This document shows positions 15,136 to 15,633 of a stretch of 15,633 bases of DNA, one piece after another. Position 1 is the first letter of the stretch; each line of letters begins with the position of its first letter. This DNA is from a virus: UHGV virus genome UHGV-2095518; one strand, 5' to 3'. The position numbers and the translations under genes were made by a program. A model generated the notes under the pieces. That model ran no database searches. It had not been told where the DNA came from and was given only the letters and a program-made list of their open reading frames with translations.

Positions 15136-15214
15136 TTATTCTACGCTTTCGATGAGAAGACCATGTTCATAGCATTTAAGCTCATCGCCCTCGTACAGGA
15201 ATTGGTATCCAATT
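15136..15214 (-). pseudogene. 3' remnant of a gene truncated by the IS3-family insertion
   Basis: The minus-strand frame reads ...[25 protein letters not shown] then TAA (15136-15138), followed by the terminator hairpin. The frame is cut off at 15214/15215 where the IS end begins. Confidence 0.3.
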
Positions 15215-15633
15215 GAAGTGGTTTACTGAATTTGGCCACCTGAACAGAGGTGATATGCTCACCTCAGAACAACACAGGAGTCATAATGAAAAAAGAAATT
15301 TCAGCGCAGAGTTTAAACGCGAATCCGCTCAACTGGTCGTTGACCAGAACTACACCGTGGCAGATGCAGCCAGCGCTATGGATGTCGGCCTTTCCACAAT
15401 GACGCGATGGGTGAAACAATTACGTGATGAACGGCAGGGCAAAACACCAAAAGCCTCCCCCATTACCCCGGAACAAATTGAAATCCGTGAGCTCAGGAAA
15501 AAGCTACAACGTATTGAAATGGAAAATGAAATATTAAAAAAGGCTACTGTAGATTCAATTGGTCAACGCAACAGTTATGTGAAAACATGGGGTTGCGGAG
15601 GTTTTTTGAATGAGACGAACATTTACAGCAGAG
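15215..15633 (+). mobile_element. IS3-family element (IS911-like), left end only; continues beyond the window
   Basis: A TG-initiated terminal sequence TGAAGTGGTTTACTGAATTTGGCCACC.. is followed about 70 bp later by an orfA with an IS911-type N-terminus. Confidence 0.6.
15285..15633 (+). CDS. IS3-family transposase OrfA (IS911-like), open to the window end
   Basis: Translation from ATG 15285 gives [88 protein letters not shown]..., recognised as IS911 OrfA-like. An A6G slippery heptamer A-AAA-AAG lies at 15536-15542. Confidence 0.7.

Overview
This window is a mosaic of phage and plasmid modules, almost all on the minus strand, with two IS elements. All calls are made by eye from the sequence and from remembered protein families; no searches were run. 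(1) 1..~4050 is a lambdoid late-control/lysis fragment: DUF1367-like gene, YbcO-like gene, Q-like antiterminator, a tR'-like terminator, then two tandem lipoprotein genes whose mature domains resemble TolA domain III, then a phage-21-type pinholin running off the window start. (2) 4362..5701 is an IS186-like IS4-family element. (3) 5805..11124 is a tightly packed minus-strand virion operon with a capsid-like gene, a contractile tail sheath-like gene and three smaller genes; the capsid-like frame is interrupted by an in-frame TAG. (4) 11146..15100 is a P1-family plasmid maintenance region: parS-like site, parB, parA, nine incA iterons, repA, five incC iterons and oriR with DnaA boxes and GATC repeats. 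(5) 15215..end is the left end of an IS911-like IS3-family element inserted into a gene remnant. The most interesting items are the TolA-III-like lipoprotein pair sitting where lambdoid phages carry morons, and the amber-interrupted capsid-like gene.
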